DNA from: Candidatus Latescibacterota bacterium
Lineage (GTDB): Bacteria; Latescibacterota; UBA2968; UBA8231
Reading direction: 5' to 3'
Assembly (NCBI GenBank): GCA_965223905.1
Contig: CBDCXV010000011.1
Location: 1,600,001-1,664,000 of the forward strand
DNA: 64,000 nucleotides
The position numbers and the translations under genes are program-made. Below, one piece after another: positions 1 through 9,903 of the stretch. Under the pieces are notes generated by a model. It ran no database searches. It was not told the origin of the DNA and saw only the letters and a list, made by a program, of their open reading frames with translations. The first letter of the stretch is position 1; every line of letters begins with the position of its first letter.

Positions 1-2
1 TC

Positions 3-932
3 TCCGAGGAGGACGTCGCCGACTGCCTCGAGGCGGCGTACGGCGCCGGTGTCCGCTACTTCGACACCGCCCCCCTCTACGGCTTCGGGCTCAGCGAGAG
101 CCGCTACGGCGCCCACCTGGCGCGCCGGCGGGACGAGATCGTCCTGTCGACCAAGGTGGGCTACTCCCTGGTCCCGAGGGAAAGCGGCGATCCCGAGGAC
201 GGCTTCTTCGTCGACCATCCACCGCTGAAATCGGTATTCGACTACTCCGCCGAGGCCGTGAAGCGCTCCCTCGGAGAAAGCCTCGAGCGCCTCCGCACCG
301 ACCGCATCGACATCGTCTTCATCCACGACCCGGACGAGGGCATCAGCCTGCAGCCCGGCTTCGATCCTTACGCCGTCAGCCATTTCAGGGAGGCGATGGA
401 GGAGACCTATCCGGTGCTCGACGAGCTGCGCTCGCAGGGGGTGATCCGGGCGGTCGGCGCCGGCATGAATCAGTGGCAGGTCCTGGCCGACTTCGCGCGC
501 GCCGGCGATTTCGACTGCTTCCTGCTCGCCGGGCGCTACACCCTGCTCGAGCAGACGTCGCTGGAGGGGCTGCTGTCGCTCTGCGTGGAAAAAGGGGTGC
601 GCATCGTCATCGGCGGCCCCTACAACTCGGGGGTCCTCGCTACCGGCGTGGTCGAAGGGGCGTACTACAACTACGCTCCCGCCCCGCTCCACATCCTCGG
701 CCTCGTCGCCCGCATCGAGGCGGTCTGCGAACGGCACGGGGTGCGGCTGCCCGCCGCGGCCCTGCAGTTCCCGCTGGCGCACCCGGCCGTCGCCTGCGTC
801 ATCCCCGGCGGCCGCACCCGCGCCGAAACCGAGGCCAACGCCGCCCTGCTCGAGGAGGAGATCCCGGCAGCGTTCTGGTCCGAGCTGCAGGAGCAGGGAC
901 TGGTGGACCCGGCCGCGCCGCTGCCCTCCTGA
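3..932 (+). CDS. Aldo/keto reductase (D-threo-aldose/L-fucose dehydrogenase-like), 5'-truncated by window edge
   Basis: Frame open from position 3 with AKR motifs YFDTAPLYGFG, LSTKVG, DRIDIVFIHDPD, LLAGRYTLLEQ, AALQFPLAHPAV. Confidence 0.9.
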   Translation, partial: SEEDVADCLEAAYGAGVRYFDTAPLYGFGLSESRYGAHLARRRDEIVLSTKVGYSLVPRESGDPEDGFFVDHPPLKSVFDYSAEAVKRSLGESLERLRTDRIDIVFIHDPDEGISLQPGFDPYAVSHFREAMEETYPVLDELRSQGVIRAVGAGMNQWQVLADFARAGDFDCFLLAGRYTLLEQTSLEGLLSLCVEKGVRIVIGGPYNSGVLATGVVEGAYYNYAPAPLHILGLVARIEAVCERHGVRLPAAALQFPLAHPAVACVIPGGRTRAETEANAALLEEEIPAAFWSELQEQGLVDPAAPLPS

Positions 933-1240
933 GCGGAGGCCGGGGCGCCCCGGAAAAAAACCCCTTCCCCTCGCCGCAGAAGTCGTCAGCCGGTCCGGTG
1001 AAGCCGCGGCGCCGATCAGGCGGAGGACCCGTCGAGAGAAACCGAATCGCGCGCCCCGCGGCCGGCCCGGTGGAAGTGAGTGCAGGCGATCCGGCCGGGG
1101 ACCCGGAGGAAAGCACGGGATCACGTTCCGTCGCGGCCGCCGCATAGGACCTTCTGCCGCTGCCGCTCCGAAACCTCGTTATCTTCCACCGACGCTGCCC
1201 GAACCTGACATAACCGCACCACCAACCCACGAAAGCCGCC

Positions 1241-2560
1241 ATGACCGTCGAAGCCCTGAAGAGCCTTGATCTCCGCCGAGAGGCCGCCCGCTACATGCCG
1301 GGCGGCGTCGGCGCCGCCGGCCGCATCAACTCCTGCCTCGGCTACGCCCTGCACATCCAGTCCGCGGAAGGCTGCCGCATCCGCGACGTCGACGGCAACG
1401 AGTACATCGACTTCAACCTCGCACACGGCGCCGCCTTCCTCGGATACAACCACCCGGCGACGAAACAGGCGATGGAGTCGGTTCTCGAAACCGGCATCCT
1501 GTGCGGGTACGAAACCGAGGCCCACGTCGAGCTGGCCCGCCGCATCACCGAGATCATCCCCTGCGCGGAAGGGGTGCGCTACGGCAACACCGGTTCGGAA
1601 GGGACGATGATCTGCGTGCGCCTGGCCCGCGCCCACACCGGCAAACGCAAGATCCTGAAGTTCTGGGGGCACTTTCACGGGCTCTACGACTACGTGATGT
1701 ACAACTCCCACTCGCCGCTCACCCCCGTAGAACCCGGCAGCCTGATACCGCCGCAGCGGGAATCGGCCGGCATGCCGGAGGTGCTCGACGACCTCGTCGT
1801 CGTCGTCCCGTGGAAGGACGAGGCCGCTCTCGAGCACGCCATGGAGAAGCACGGGGACGAGATCGGCGGCATCATCATGGAGCCCATCAACTACAACCAG
1901 GGCTGCATCGCCGCGGATGCCGGGTACATGCGCTTCGTCCGCGAGCAGGCCACGGCCAACGGCATCGCCCTCATCTACGACGAGACCCTGTCGGCCTTCC
2001 GCACCGGCCCGGGCTGCGCCCAGGGGTACTACGGCGTCACCCCCGACCTCTGCGTGCTCGGCAAGGCGGTCGCCAACGGCGGCGCCGTGGTCGTAATCGC
2101 GGGCAAGGCCGAGATAATGAACCAGGTGAACCCACAAGGGGAGGTTTGCCAGAGCGGGACCTTCACCGGGAACCCGCCGGCGATCAACTGCGCCCTCGCT
2201 TCCATCAACGAGATCACCAGCTTTGGTTTCTACGACCACATGGAGATGGCTTCGCAGCGGTTGTATGCAGGAATGGCGGAGATCTTCGACCGGGCAGGGG
2301 TTCCCGCACGCGTGCAGGGGCTGGGCGCCCGCTTCGGAATCTTCTTCGGATTCACCGATCCGGTGGAACGCTTCGACGACACCCTGAAGCGGGACCGCGA
2401 AATGGGCACGCGCTTCATCCGCGCCTGCGCCGACAGCGGCGTCTACTTCCACGACTACGGCGACCTGGTCGCCGGGCATCACGGCGTTTCGGCCTCCCAC
2501 TCCCTCGCCGATATCGACGAAGCCCTCAACCGCATCGAGGACGCCGTCGCCGCCATGTAG
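1241..2560 (+). CDS. Class III PLP aminotransferase (glutamate-1-semialdehyde aminomutase-like)
   Basis: DVDGNEYIDF, NTGSEGT, GHFHG, IIMEP, LIYDE, PLP lysine in PDLCVLGKAVANG, SGTFTGNP. Confidence 0.9.
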   Translation: MTVEALKSLDLRREAARYMPGGVGAAGRINSCLGYALHIQSAEGCRIRDVDGNEYIDFNLAHGAAFLGYNHPATKQAMESVLETGILCGYETEAHVELARRITEIIPCAEGVRYGNTGSEGTMICVRLARAHTGKRKILKFWGHFHGLYDYVMYNSHSPLTPVEPGSLIPPQRESAGMPEVLDDLVVVVPWKDEAALEHAMEKHGDEIGGIIMEPINYNQGCIAADAGYMRFVREQATANGIALIYDETLSAFRTGPGCAQGYYGVTPDLCVLGKAVANGGAVVVIAGKAEIMNQVNPQGEVCQSGTFTGNPPAINCALASINEITSFGFYDHMEMASQRLYAGMAEIFDRAGVPARVQGLGARFGIFFGFTDPVERFDDTLKRDREMGTRFIRACADSGVYFHDYGDLVAGHHGVSASHSLADIDEALNRIEDAVAAM

Positions 2561-2813
2561 TACAACCGCTCCGGATCGCCCTATCCGTGGGTAGCGGTAC
2601 TTTCCGGTCGCTCTCCTTCCACCTGCCGGGGCATTCCCGGAGTTCCACGGGTGGAAAACAAGGCCCCATTGTTTCCATGGGTGCCGAATTCGCCGTTCCT
2701 ACTTATATTTTCAAAATCAGCCGCTATTGTGTGCCGGATTCGCCAGGCGCTTATATGATTGTCACATTGGCCATTTAACCAACTTCAAACTCTTGATTTA
2801 AGGAAGGAGCTTC

Positions 2814-3242
2814 ATGCCTGACCTAGGTAAAGCATTCAGGGAAGAAATTTCGCGGGTGGCTGGCAAGGACCTGCGCGCTGCCGTAAACCAGCTGAACGAG
2901 CAAATCCGCAGCCTGCAGGGGGAGGTGTCGGAGCTTAAGTCGCAGATTGCCGGCAACCAGGGGACGACCGGCGAGCCATCCGGGCAGCCCGCAGGCGACG
3001 CCAAGCCGGCGTCCAAGGAGACAGTCAGCGTCAGAGTGACCCCGTCGTCGATCAAGAAGCACCGCAAACGGCTGCGCCTGTCGCAGGCCCAGATGGGCAA
3101 GCTGCTCGGAGTCAGTGCCATAACGATCTTGAACTGGGAGCAGGGCAAGTCGAAACCGCGCGCCGCCAACAGGGAAGCGATCGCCGAGCTGCGCACCATG
3201 AAACTGAAAGATGCCGAGCTGATGCTCGAGGGTATGAGCTAA
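2814..3242 (+). CDS. XRE-family helix-turn-helix protein with N-terminal coiled coil
   Basis: RBS AGGAAGGAG; C-terminal HTH RKRLRLSQAQMGKLLGVSAITILNWEQGKSKP. Confidence 0.85.
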   Translation: MPDLGKAFREEISRVAGKDLRAAVNQLNEQIRSLQGEVSELKSQIAGNQGTTGEPSGQPAGDAKPASKETVSVRVTPSSIKKHRKRLRLSQAQMGKLLGVSAITILNWEQGKSKPRAANREAIAELRTMKLKDAELMLEGMS

Positions 3243-3437
3243 AGAGGCAGCACGCCAACAACAGAACACCTCGCGGCTGACTATTCAGGTGTTTCTGTTT
3301 GTTCCTGGTTGGTGTTGGCACACGGCAGTTTCCAGTTGGGAGCCCCGCACGGCGGCTACGCTGGCTGCAGTCGGTATGTTTCGGATCCAGTTTCGCCCTT
3401 CACTCACCGAGTGGAGTCACAAACGGCAATGATCCTT

Positions 3438-3482
3438 CGGCAGTGAATTCGGGTGGCTTGGCCCCACCCGAATTCACTGCCG
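3438..3482. repeat. Perfect 19-bp inverted repeat (stem-loop) between convergent genes; bidirectional terminator or REP-like element
   Basis: CGGCAGTGAATTCGGGTGG - 7-nt loop - CCACCCGAATTCACTGCCG. Confidence 0.75.
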
Positions 3483-3569
3483 TTCTGCCGACCCCGGAAG
3501 ATCCTCGCTCATCCCCCCTCGCTTCAGACCTGTGCAACCGCGGAACCGCCCGGGGGCGCAAACAGTCCT

Positions 3570-5228
3570 TCACTCTTCCCCTTTTCGAATCCACAAGCTC
3601 GCCGCTACCCGCCTTATTCGTTCGTCGCGCCATTCGACGTCGCTCCGGTAGCGGTCGCGTAACCCCTCGACGTACCTCTCGAACGCCTCCCTGTTCCTGG
3701 CCTGCCTGACCTGGTGCCGCAGGATCCGGGTCAGCTCCTCGAACGCGCGCGGCCTCCGGGGCAGCCGCTTTTCGACGCGCACGACCGCGAACCCGCCTTC
3801 GATTTCAAGCGGACCCAGAAGCGCTCCTTCTTCCGCTTCCCGGACGAGATCGAAGAGCCGTTCCCGTTTTTCCCCTTCCCCATCTTTCAGGTGTAAATGC
3901 CCGCCGGTTCCGTCGGCCCCCGGACGGATGCTGTGGTCCCGGGCCAACTTCTCCATGTCCGCGCCCGCCTCGATCCGCAGCCGCAGCGCGGCCGCGGCGG
4001 CCCGTGACTCGACCAGGATCTCTATCACCTCAACCGACGCCGGCAGCATGAACTCTCCCTTGACTTCCTCGTACCGGTCGCGCAGCTCCTCCTCCCCGGG
4101 AGGGCCGACCTGGTCCAAAACCTCCCGCCGCAGCCGGTCGATGAGCAGCTTCTTCTGCTCCAGCTCCAACGCCGACGCGAACTCCTCGGTTTGGTGAAGG
4201 CCGCGGCGCTCCGCTTCCAGCACCGCCAGGGTGTCGGCGATCACCCAGTAGCGGAGAGCCCTGGCGACTGAGACGCTGTCCACCAGGGCGGGGGGTTTCA
4301 TCCCCTTTCCCACCAGGATTCGTCCGGCCTCCTGCGCGGAGATCACCCTGTCGCCCCCCCAGGTCAGGGCCGGGTCCTCCAAGGCGAGCCCGGCCCGGGG
4401 ATCCTGCCGGCCCGCCCGCACCATCGCGACGACCGCTTCGGGGTGGTAGGCGACCGCGAATCTCTGTTCGAGCTCCTCGAGCCAGGCCTCGCGCCGCGCC
4501 ATGGCTTTGCGGCGCTTCAGGGCCGCGGCGACCGCCGCCCCTGCCTGCTCGATGGGGACAGGGACCGCATCGAGAACCTTGAGCAACTCGAAACCGCTTC
4601 CCGCGGCCAGCGGTCCGGCGATTTCGCCCGGCGACAGTCCGCGCACCGCCGCCCAGAGCTCCCGGGGCAGCTCTCCGGGCCCGAGGTAGCGCCCAAGGTC
4701 CCCACCCCCTTCTGCGTCCGGGGCGGTCGAGCGCTGCTTCGCCACCTCGGCGAAGTCCGCCCCCTCGCCCAGGGCGCGTGCGGCCTCTTCCGCCTCGGCT
4801 TTCGTAGCGCAGGAGATATGGGCGATCCGCAGCTTCACGTCCCATCCGTCCCGCCGGTACGCCGCCTCGATCTCCTCCTCCCCGACGGAGACGGAATCCC
4901 CCAAGGCCTCGGCGAGGACCTGTTCCCTGAGCCGCTTCACGTAGATTTTGCGGAGCGGCCTGACGATCTCGGGTTTTTCAGGGTACCCGACGGCCCTCGC
5001 CTCGGCGAGCATCAGCTCGCGGTCGACGAGGCTCCGGAGCAGATCGCGGACCGTCTCCTCGCGCGATTCGGCCGCGGCCGAATCCTGCCTCAGGCCGTCC
5101 GGCAGCCTCGACGCGAACTCGGCAAGCTCCCTCTCTCCAATGGGGACGTCCAGCACCCGCACCAGGGGTTCGTCGGCGGGCCCGCCACAGCCGGTCAGGA
5201 GGAGGAGCGCCGGCGCCGCCCGGGTCAC
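3570..5228 (-). CDS. Peptidyl-prolyl cis-trans isomerase (PpiC/SurA/PrsA-like) lipoprotein with two parvulin domains
   Basis: GTG start overlapping the upstream stop; lipobox LLLLTGC; HISCATKAEA..GADFAEVAKQRS..GGDLG and EILVES..GADMEKLARDHS. Confidence 0.85.
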   Translation of the reverse strand: MTRAAPALLLLTGCGGPADEPLVRVLDVPIGERELAEFASRLPDGLRQDSAAAESREETVRDLLRSLVDRELMLAEARAVGYPEKPEIVRPLRKIYVKRLREQVLAEALGDSVSVGEEEIEAAYRRDGWDVKLRIAHISCATKAEAEEAARALGEGADFAEVAKQRSTAPDAEGGGDLGRYLGPGELPRELWAAVRGLSPGEIAGPLAAGSGFELLKVLDAVPVPIEQAGAAVAAALKRRKAMARREAWLEELEQRFAVAYHPEAVVAMVRAGRQDPRAGLALEDPALTWGGDRVISAQEAGRILVGKGMKPPALVDSVSVARALRYWVIADTLAVLEAERRGLHQTEEFASALELEQKKLLIDRLRREVLDQVGPPGEEELRDRYEEVKGEFMLPASVEVIEILVESRAAAAALRLRIEAGADMEKLARDHSIRPGADGTGGHLHLKDGEGEKRERLFDLVREAEEGALLGPLEIEGGFAVVRVEKRLPRRPRAFEELTRILRHQVRQARNREAFERYVEGLRDRYRSDVEWRDERIRRVAASLWIRKGEE

Positions 5229-7864
5229 AGCTGGACCCCGGCATATATGGTGATGAAGCTCCGCGTCGTCACTTCCGGCCTGAGTCCCTCGGGGTCCGTG
5301 CGCACCAGCTCGAAACCGAAGGTCGTCATCAGGTCGTAGCCCATGTACGCGGAGGCGTTGCGCAGCTGCACCGCGGTCGTCAGCCCGGTCGAGCTGTCCT
5401 CGCTGTCGGGCGGAGGCGGGTCCCGCAGCTGCCTGAAGATCTCGTACTCGAGGCCCAGCTCGACGAAGCTCTTCCGCATCACCGGAAAGCGCAGCATCGC
5501 CATGAACAGCTCGGTCAGCTCGCGGCGCTTGAACTCGTCGGCGAACACCGGCACCTGGCGCCGGAACTCGCTCTTCCAGCGCGGCACCAGGGTCCAGCGG
5601 CCGAGCTCGAGGGTGTACTCCGCCTTGTTGATCAGGCCCAGGAAGGAGCCGTCCCGCCGCGTCCTTCGCAGGCGCAGCTCGAGGTCGTCGTCGAGCTGGT
5701 GGTAACGCTGCCATTTCAGTTTGTGAGTCAGCCTGATCCCGGCGGGAATCCGGTGGTAGAACCCGAGCCAGGTGGTGTTGATCCAGGTGTTCCTCGCCGG
5801 CAGCCGGTCCACTACCAGCTGCAGGGCTCCGCGCGTCCCCGCCGGCTGCCGCCACTGCAGGAGATCGTCGGCGATCGTGTCCCTGACCCGGCGCAGATCC
5901 TGAAAAACCAGGAGGCGGCCCCAGCGGGGGTGGTCCCGCTCTCCTGCCAGCGTGAGGTACGACGCCTCGGTGACGCGGTCGTCGGTCAGCTGATCCATCT
6001 GCAGGCGCCCGATCATCAGGCGCGAGTCCGGACCGAGGTTGGCCCCGCCGAACAGGTTGAAACCCTCGCGGTCCCGCTTGTACGGGTAGTCCGGCTCCTC
6101 GTCGTTCTCGAAGCGGTCGACGACGGCGTTGTGGTTCATGTCGACGCCGTAGAGGAACTCCGGGCGGTCGGCGTGGAAACGCAGGAACGGCTCCTCGTAG
6201 TCGGGAATCAGGTTGGGGCGGTCCTCGTTGTCGTTCTGGTTGAAGTCGGAGATGAAGTCGTTGTTCTCGTCCCAGCCCGGGAACACCTCGTCGTCGCCGG
6301 CCCCCCAGCCCTTGCGCCGCCAGTCCGGCCGCCGGTCCTGGTCGTCGTTGTCCTCTACCATCTCGTAGAGCTCGAAATCGTTCCCGAAGGCGAGCACCCC
6401 GGTCTCGTCCGAGGTGACGAACGAGGTCGAGTAGCGCGGCGAGACGCTGAAAAGCTCGACGAAACCGAACCAGGGCAGGGCCGTCTTCGACAGGTTGGCC
6501 ATCCAGGCCAGCGCCTGGCTGCTCGCCGAGTGGTGGCTCTTCAGTCCGGGGTTGGGGTACTGGCGGAACTGGTGGTTGACGTCGATCTCGGCGTACCCCT
6601 TGAACCCGTGCAGTTCGGCGACCTCGAGGGTGAACCCGGCGATCTGGTTGGCCGTCGGCAGGCCGTAGTCGAGCGCCAGCACGCGCTGGTTGGAGCCGTC
6701 CTTGACGTTGCCCGACGCCTGCGCCGCCGGCAGAAAGACCCGCTGGTCCCGGTCGTTGTACTGGCGGTCGGACGACATCTCGATCAGGTAGTCGTTGGCG
6801 ACCACCAGTTCCACCTGGACCTGTTCGATGTCCGTGGTGCTCGGACCGATGTAGCTGACGTCGGTGAAGTCGTAGCGCAGCTGGATCTCCTCGGTGCCGT
6901 CGGCGGAGAGATAGCCGCGGCGCTCGAAGCCGCCGTCGACGAAGGGACGGAACCCGATCTCGCTACCGCGCACCTCGTTCCCCTCTACGTCCCGGATGAG
7001 GATGTCGCTGGAGAAGAAGGCGCCGCCCCCCTCGTTGTCCTCGGGGGAGTCGTCCTTTATCGCCACGGCGATCTCCGTCACCGGGGCGAAGTTCATCGCC
7101 TCGGTCAACTGCCCCTGGAAGATGTCGCCGTTGACCGCCTCGAGCTGGGACTGCGAGTGGTGGGAGTTGACGTAGGTGCCGCCGATGCGGGCGAAGTCGC
7201 CGACCTGGGCGACCACCCTGCCGCCGAAGAGGTTGGTGTTGTTGGTCCGCGCCTCCGCGGCGAATCCCGACAAGTTGGGGGCGCTGGCACGCGACATCAG
7301 CACCGTGGCCTCGTACTTGTCGGAGGAGAAATCCCACTGGACGCCGTTGAACAGCGGCTTGGAGAAGGTCATCGGAGTCAGGGTGGTGCGGATCCGGCTG
7401 CCCACGGTGATCGCGTAGTGGTACTGCCCCTTGTGGTCGGCGGCGACGACGAGGTTGTTGAACCAGAAGTTGAACTCCCTGCTCTTTTCGAGGGTGCTGC
7501 CGAACGGCTGCGGATTGCGCTGCCGCCAGTCGTAGATCAGCCACCCCCGCGTCAGGTAGTTGCCGTACACGTCGTAGAAGTACTCCCCCTCGAGGGCGGT
7601 GCCGACGTAGCGCTGGTACTGGCGCCGCGAGTAGTTGGAGTACTCCCGCTGGCGCCACTGGTACTCGACGTACAGCTCCTGGGGCACGTACCACTTGTGC
7701 ACCGCCGGATCGAGGGCGTCGGTGAGAATCCCCGGGCCGGTCGGCTCGAAGGTCACCCGTCCCCCTCGCGTCACCGTTCCCAGGCGGGCGCCGAACTCCT
7801 GGGCCTCGAGGCCGGCTGCGGCCAGCAGCAGACCGGCCGCGAAAATGAGAATCGGACGTGTCAT
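5225..7864 (-). CDS. Large secreted hypothetical protein, probable outer-membrane beta-rich protein with Asp-rich motifs; paralog of 9903-12578
   Basis: Signal peptide MTRPILIFAAGLLLAAAGLEA-Q; aromatic/amphipathic strand patterns; DENNDFISDFNQN, DMNHNAVVDRFEND; ends FITIYAGVQL. Confidence 0.8.
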   Translation of the reverse strand: MTRPILIFAAGLLLAAAGLEAQEFGARLGTVTRGGRVTFEPTGPGILTDALDPAVHKWYVPQELYVEYQWRQREYSNYSRRQYQRYVGTALEGEYFYDVYGNYLTRGWLIYDWRQRNPQPFGSTLEKSREFNFWFNNLVVAADHKGQYHYAITVGSRIRTTLTPMTFSKPLFNGVQWDFSSDKYEATVLMSRASAPNLSGFAAEARTNNTNLFGGRVVAQVGDFARIGGTYVNSHHSQSQLEAVNGDIFQGQLTEAMNFAPVTEIAVAIKDDSPEDNEGGGAFFSSDILIRDVEGNEVRGSEIGFRPFVDGGFERRGYLSADGTEEIQLRYDFTDVSYIGPSTTDIEQVQVELVVANDYLIEMSSDRQYNDRDQRVFLPAAQASGNVKDGSNQRVLALDYGLPTANQIAGFTLEVAELHGFKGYAEIDVNHQFRQYPNPGLKSHHSASSQALAWMANLSKTALPWFGFVELFSVSPRYSTSFVTSDETGVLAFGNDFELYEMVEDNDDQDRRPDWRRKGWGAGDDEVFPGWDENNDFISDFNQNDNEDRPNLIPDYEEPFLRFHADRPEFLYGVDMNHNAVVDRFENDEEPDYPYKRDREGFNLFGGANLGPDSRLMIGRLQMDQLTDDRVTEASYLTLAGERDHPRWGRLLVFQDLRRVRDTIADDLLQWRQPAGTRGALQLVVDRLPARNTWINTTWLGFYHRIPAGIRLTHKLKWQRYHQLDDDLELRLRRTRRDGSFLGLINKAEYTLELGRWTLVPRWKSEFRRQVPVFADEFKRRELTELFMAMLRFPVMRKSFVELGLEYEIFRQLRDPPPPDSEDSSTGLTTAVQLRNASAYMGYDLMTTFGFELVRTDPEGLRPEVTTRSFITIYAGVQL

Positions 7865-9903
7865 CACCAAGCCACCGCCAGGACGCCGGAGTGGGTCTCC
7901 TCGAATGCATCCGCGGCGACCCGGAGCACCCAGACGTAGGTCCCGGGAAGCGCCCGGCGTCCCCCGGCGGTGCGCCCGTCCCAGGTGAAGGAAGCAGGCC
8001 CCAGGTCCCGCTCCGCCTGCAGCGAGGCGATGGAGCGCCCCGAGAGATCGTACAGGTCGAGGGAGACCGGCACCGACCGGACCACCTGCAGCAGGTTGAA
8101 GCGGACCCTCAGCTCGTCGTTGGCGCCGTCCCCGTTCGGGGTGACGACGCGGCTGTCGAGGACGATCTCCCCGACCAGCCGGCCGATCTGCTCCTTGGGG
8201 ATCTCGACGGTGAGGTGGGACAGCTCGTCGATGTCGCCGGGCCCGAAGTCGACGGCGTTGCCCGGCTCGAGCCGCTGCGGCACCGTGGGGAAGCGGCTGT
8301 CGAACACCCTGCCGGTGAAGGTCGTGCCGAAGCGGAAGATCGGGATGTCGAAGGTCAGCTCGAGGACCGAGCCGTCGCGGTCGATCCTCGGCAGGCTGAT
8401 GCGGAAACCGTCCCGGGTCGAGGACTCGATCTCGAACTCGACCGGGACGCCGGCGACCTGGACGTTGCGGATCCCCTCGACCGGGGCGTTGCTGTCGATC
8501 TCCAGGCGGTCGTACCCGTGGATATCCCCCCGGCCGCGCAGGAGCACGGCGTAGCGGAAGGTCGCCGGCTCCTCCGCTCGGGCCAGCCGCGGGAACACCT
8601 CGGCGCGCAAGGTGTCGGCGATCGGGGGCTGCAGGTAGTCGAACTCGAGCCGCTCGAGGAGCCGCGTGTCGAAGAGGCCCCCGGCGAACTCCATGCGGAA
8701 GCGGACGAATCGCCGCGGCGCCGGCGCCGGGTTGAGGCCGCGGTTCTCCAGCGTCTTCCAGGGACTCCAGTTTTCCAGGTCTTCCTGGAGCGTCACCTGC
8801 TCGGACCGGGGCAATCCCCAGTACTCCTCCGCGGTCACCTCGACGATGCGAACGGACATGAACTCCTGGATCCGCTGCAGAAACAGGATCGGCGTATCGT
8901 CGAGGCCGGAGCGCATGCCGACGGTCAGGTTGGAGAAGAGCTCCTCCCCCGCGACCTGCTCGCGCCAGCGGATCGACCCGATGGTAGCCGGCGCACCCAG
9001 GTCGATCAGGTCCGACAGGTAGGTGCCCTGGGGCAGGTACCCGGTCCCGTAGACCTCGATCTCGTCGACTTCGAACGGCAGCTCGGTCAGCGAACGCAGC
9101 TTGATCAGGCGCACGTACTGCGGGGTCAGCGGCACGTCGACCACCGGCTCCTCGTTGTCGTGCTCCCGCACCGCCAGGCGGTCGGGGACCCCCTTGATCG
9201 TGCTGGTCAGCTGCTCGTTCAGCCAGACCTCGTAGCCGCGCAGGAAGTCGTTGTGGAAGGGATGGTCGGGACTGGCGACCACGGTGTTGCGAGGGTAGAA
9301 GCGGATGCGCTCGATCCCCACCCGCTGCCCGAAGTCGAGGATGATCCAGATGCCGAACGCCGGCACCACCGGGTTGAACGGCACCGGCTTGCGCTCGAAG
9401 GCGACCTCGTGATCGCCGTTGACCGTGCCCTCGAGCTGCGCTCTGCGCAGCACCGTCGCCGAGGTCGAGGAGTTGGGCGCCGTGATTGAGCCCTTCCCCT
9501 CGAGAACCAGCCCCGCGATGTTGCGGCTGCCGTCGAAGAAGGTCGGGCTGATCCAGCCGCGCCGCGCCGCGAACTCGATGCCGTTGCCGGGGGTGTTGGT
9601 CGTGTCGAGGGTGGGGCTGAAGCGGCTGCCTGCAAGGATCACCGGATCGGTGCCGTCGCCGCCCTCCTCCCAGGGGTGCTCGCTGCCCCCGAGGACGAAG
9701 GTCCGCACCTCGGCGGCGGCCGCGGACAGCGCCAGCAGGAGACCTGCGGCGGCCAGCAGCCCGCAGCGAACCTCCTGCCCCAGTTGCGGTCGTACCCCCG
9801 GGAAGGCTCCGCCAGGACCGCGCACCGGGGGCCGGCCGGACGCCGAGACGCCCCCGGGGGCCCGCAGGCCCGGTCGCCTGGCTGCCGCCAGGGTCGGCTC
9901 CAT
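7864..9903 (-). CDS. Secreted protein with C-terminal TPNGDG (CHU_C-like)/FlgD Ig-like domain
   Basis: Signal-like GLLAAAGLLLALSAAAA-E; IERIRFYPR; EIEVYG; C-terminal VTPNGDGAND...WDGRTAGG..PGTY; start set at the TGATG overlap. Confidence 0.82.
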   Translation of the reverse strand: MEPTLAAARRPGLRAPGGVSASGRPPVRGPGGAFPGVRPQLGQEVRCGLLAAAGLLLALSAAAAEVRTFVLGGSEHPWEEGGDGTDPVILAGSRFSPTLDTTNTPGNGIEFAARRGWISPTFFDGSRNIAGLVLEGKGSITAPNSSTSATVLRRAQLEGTVNGDHEVAFERKPVPFNPVVPAFGIWIILDFGQRVGIERIRFYPRNTVVASPDHPFHNDFLRGYEVWLNEQLTSTIKGVPDRLAVREHDNEEPVVDVPLTPQYVRLIKLRSLTELPFEVDEIEVYGTGYLPQGTYLSDLIDLGAPATIGSIRWREQVAGEELFSNLTVGMRSGLDDTPILFLQRIQEFMSVRIVEVTAEEYWGLPRSEQVTLQEDLENWSPWKTLENRGLNPAPAPRRFVRFRMEFAGGLFDTRLLERLEFDYLQPPIADTLRAEVFPRLARAEEPATFRYAVLLRGRGDIHGYDRLEIDSNAPVEGIRNVQVAGVPVEFEIESSTRDGFRISLPRIDRDGSVLELTFDIPIFRFGTTFTGRVFDSRFPTVPQRLEPGNAVDFGPGDIDELSHLTVEIPKEQIGRLVGEIVLDSRVVTPNGDGANDELRVRFNLLQVVRSVPVSLDLYDLSGRSIASLQAERDLGPASFTWDGRTAGGRRALPGTYVWVLRVAADAFEETHSGVLAVAW

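Noticed and set aside
1241-2560. Assigning the symbol hemL
   Set aside because: The family fits, but the sequence is divergent and there is no tetrapyrrole context; likely a paralog with another substrate.
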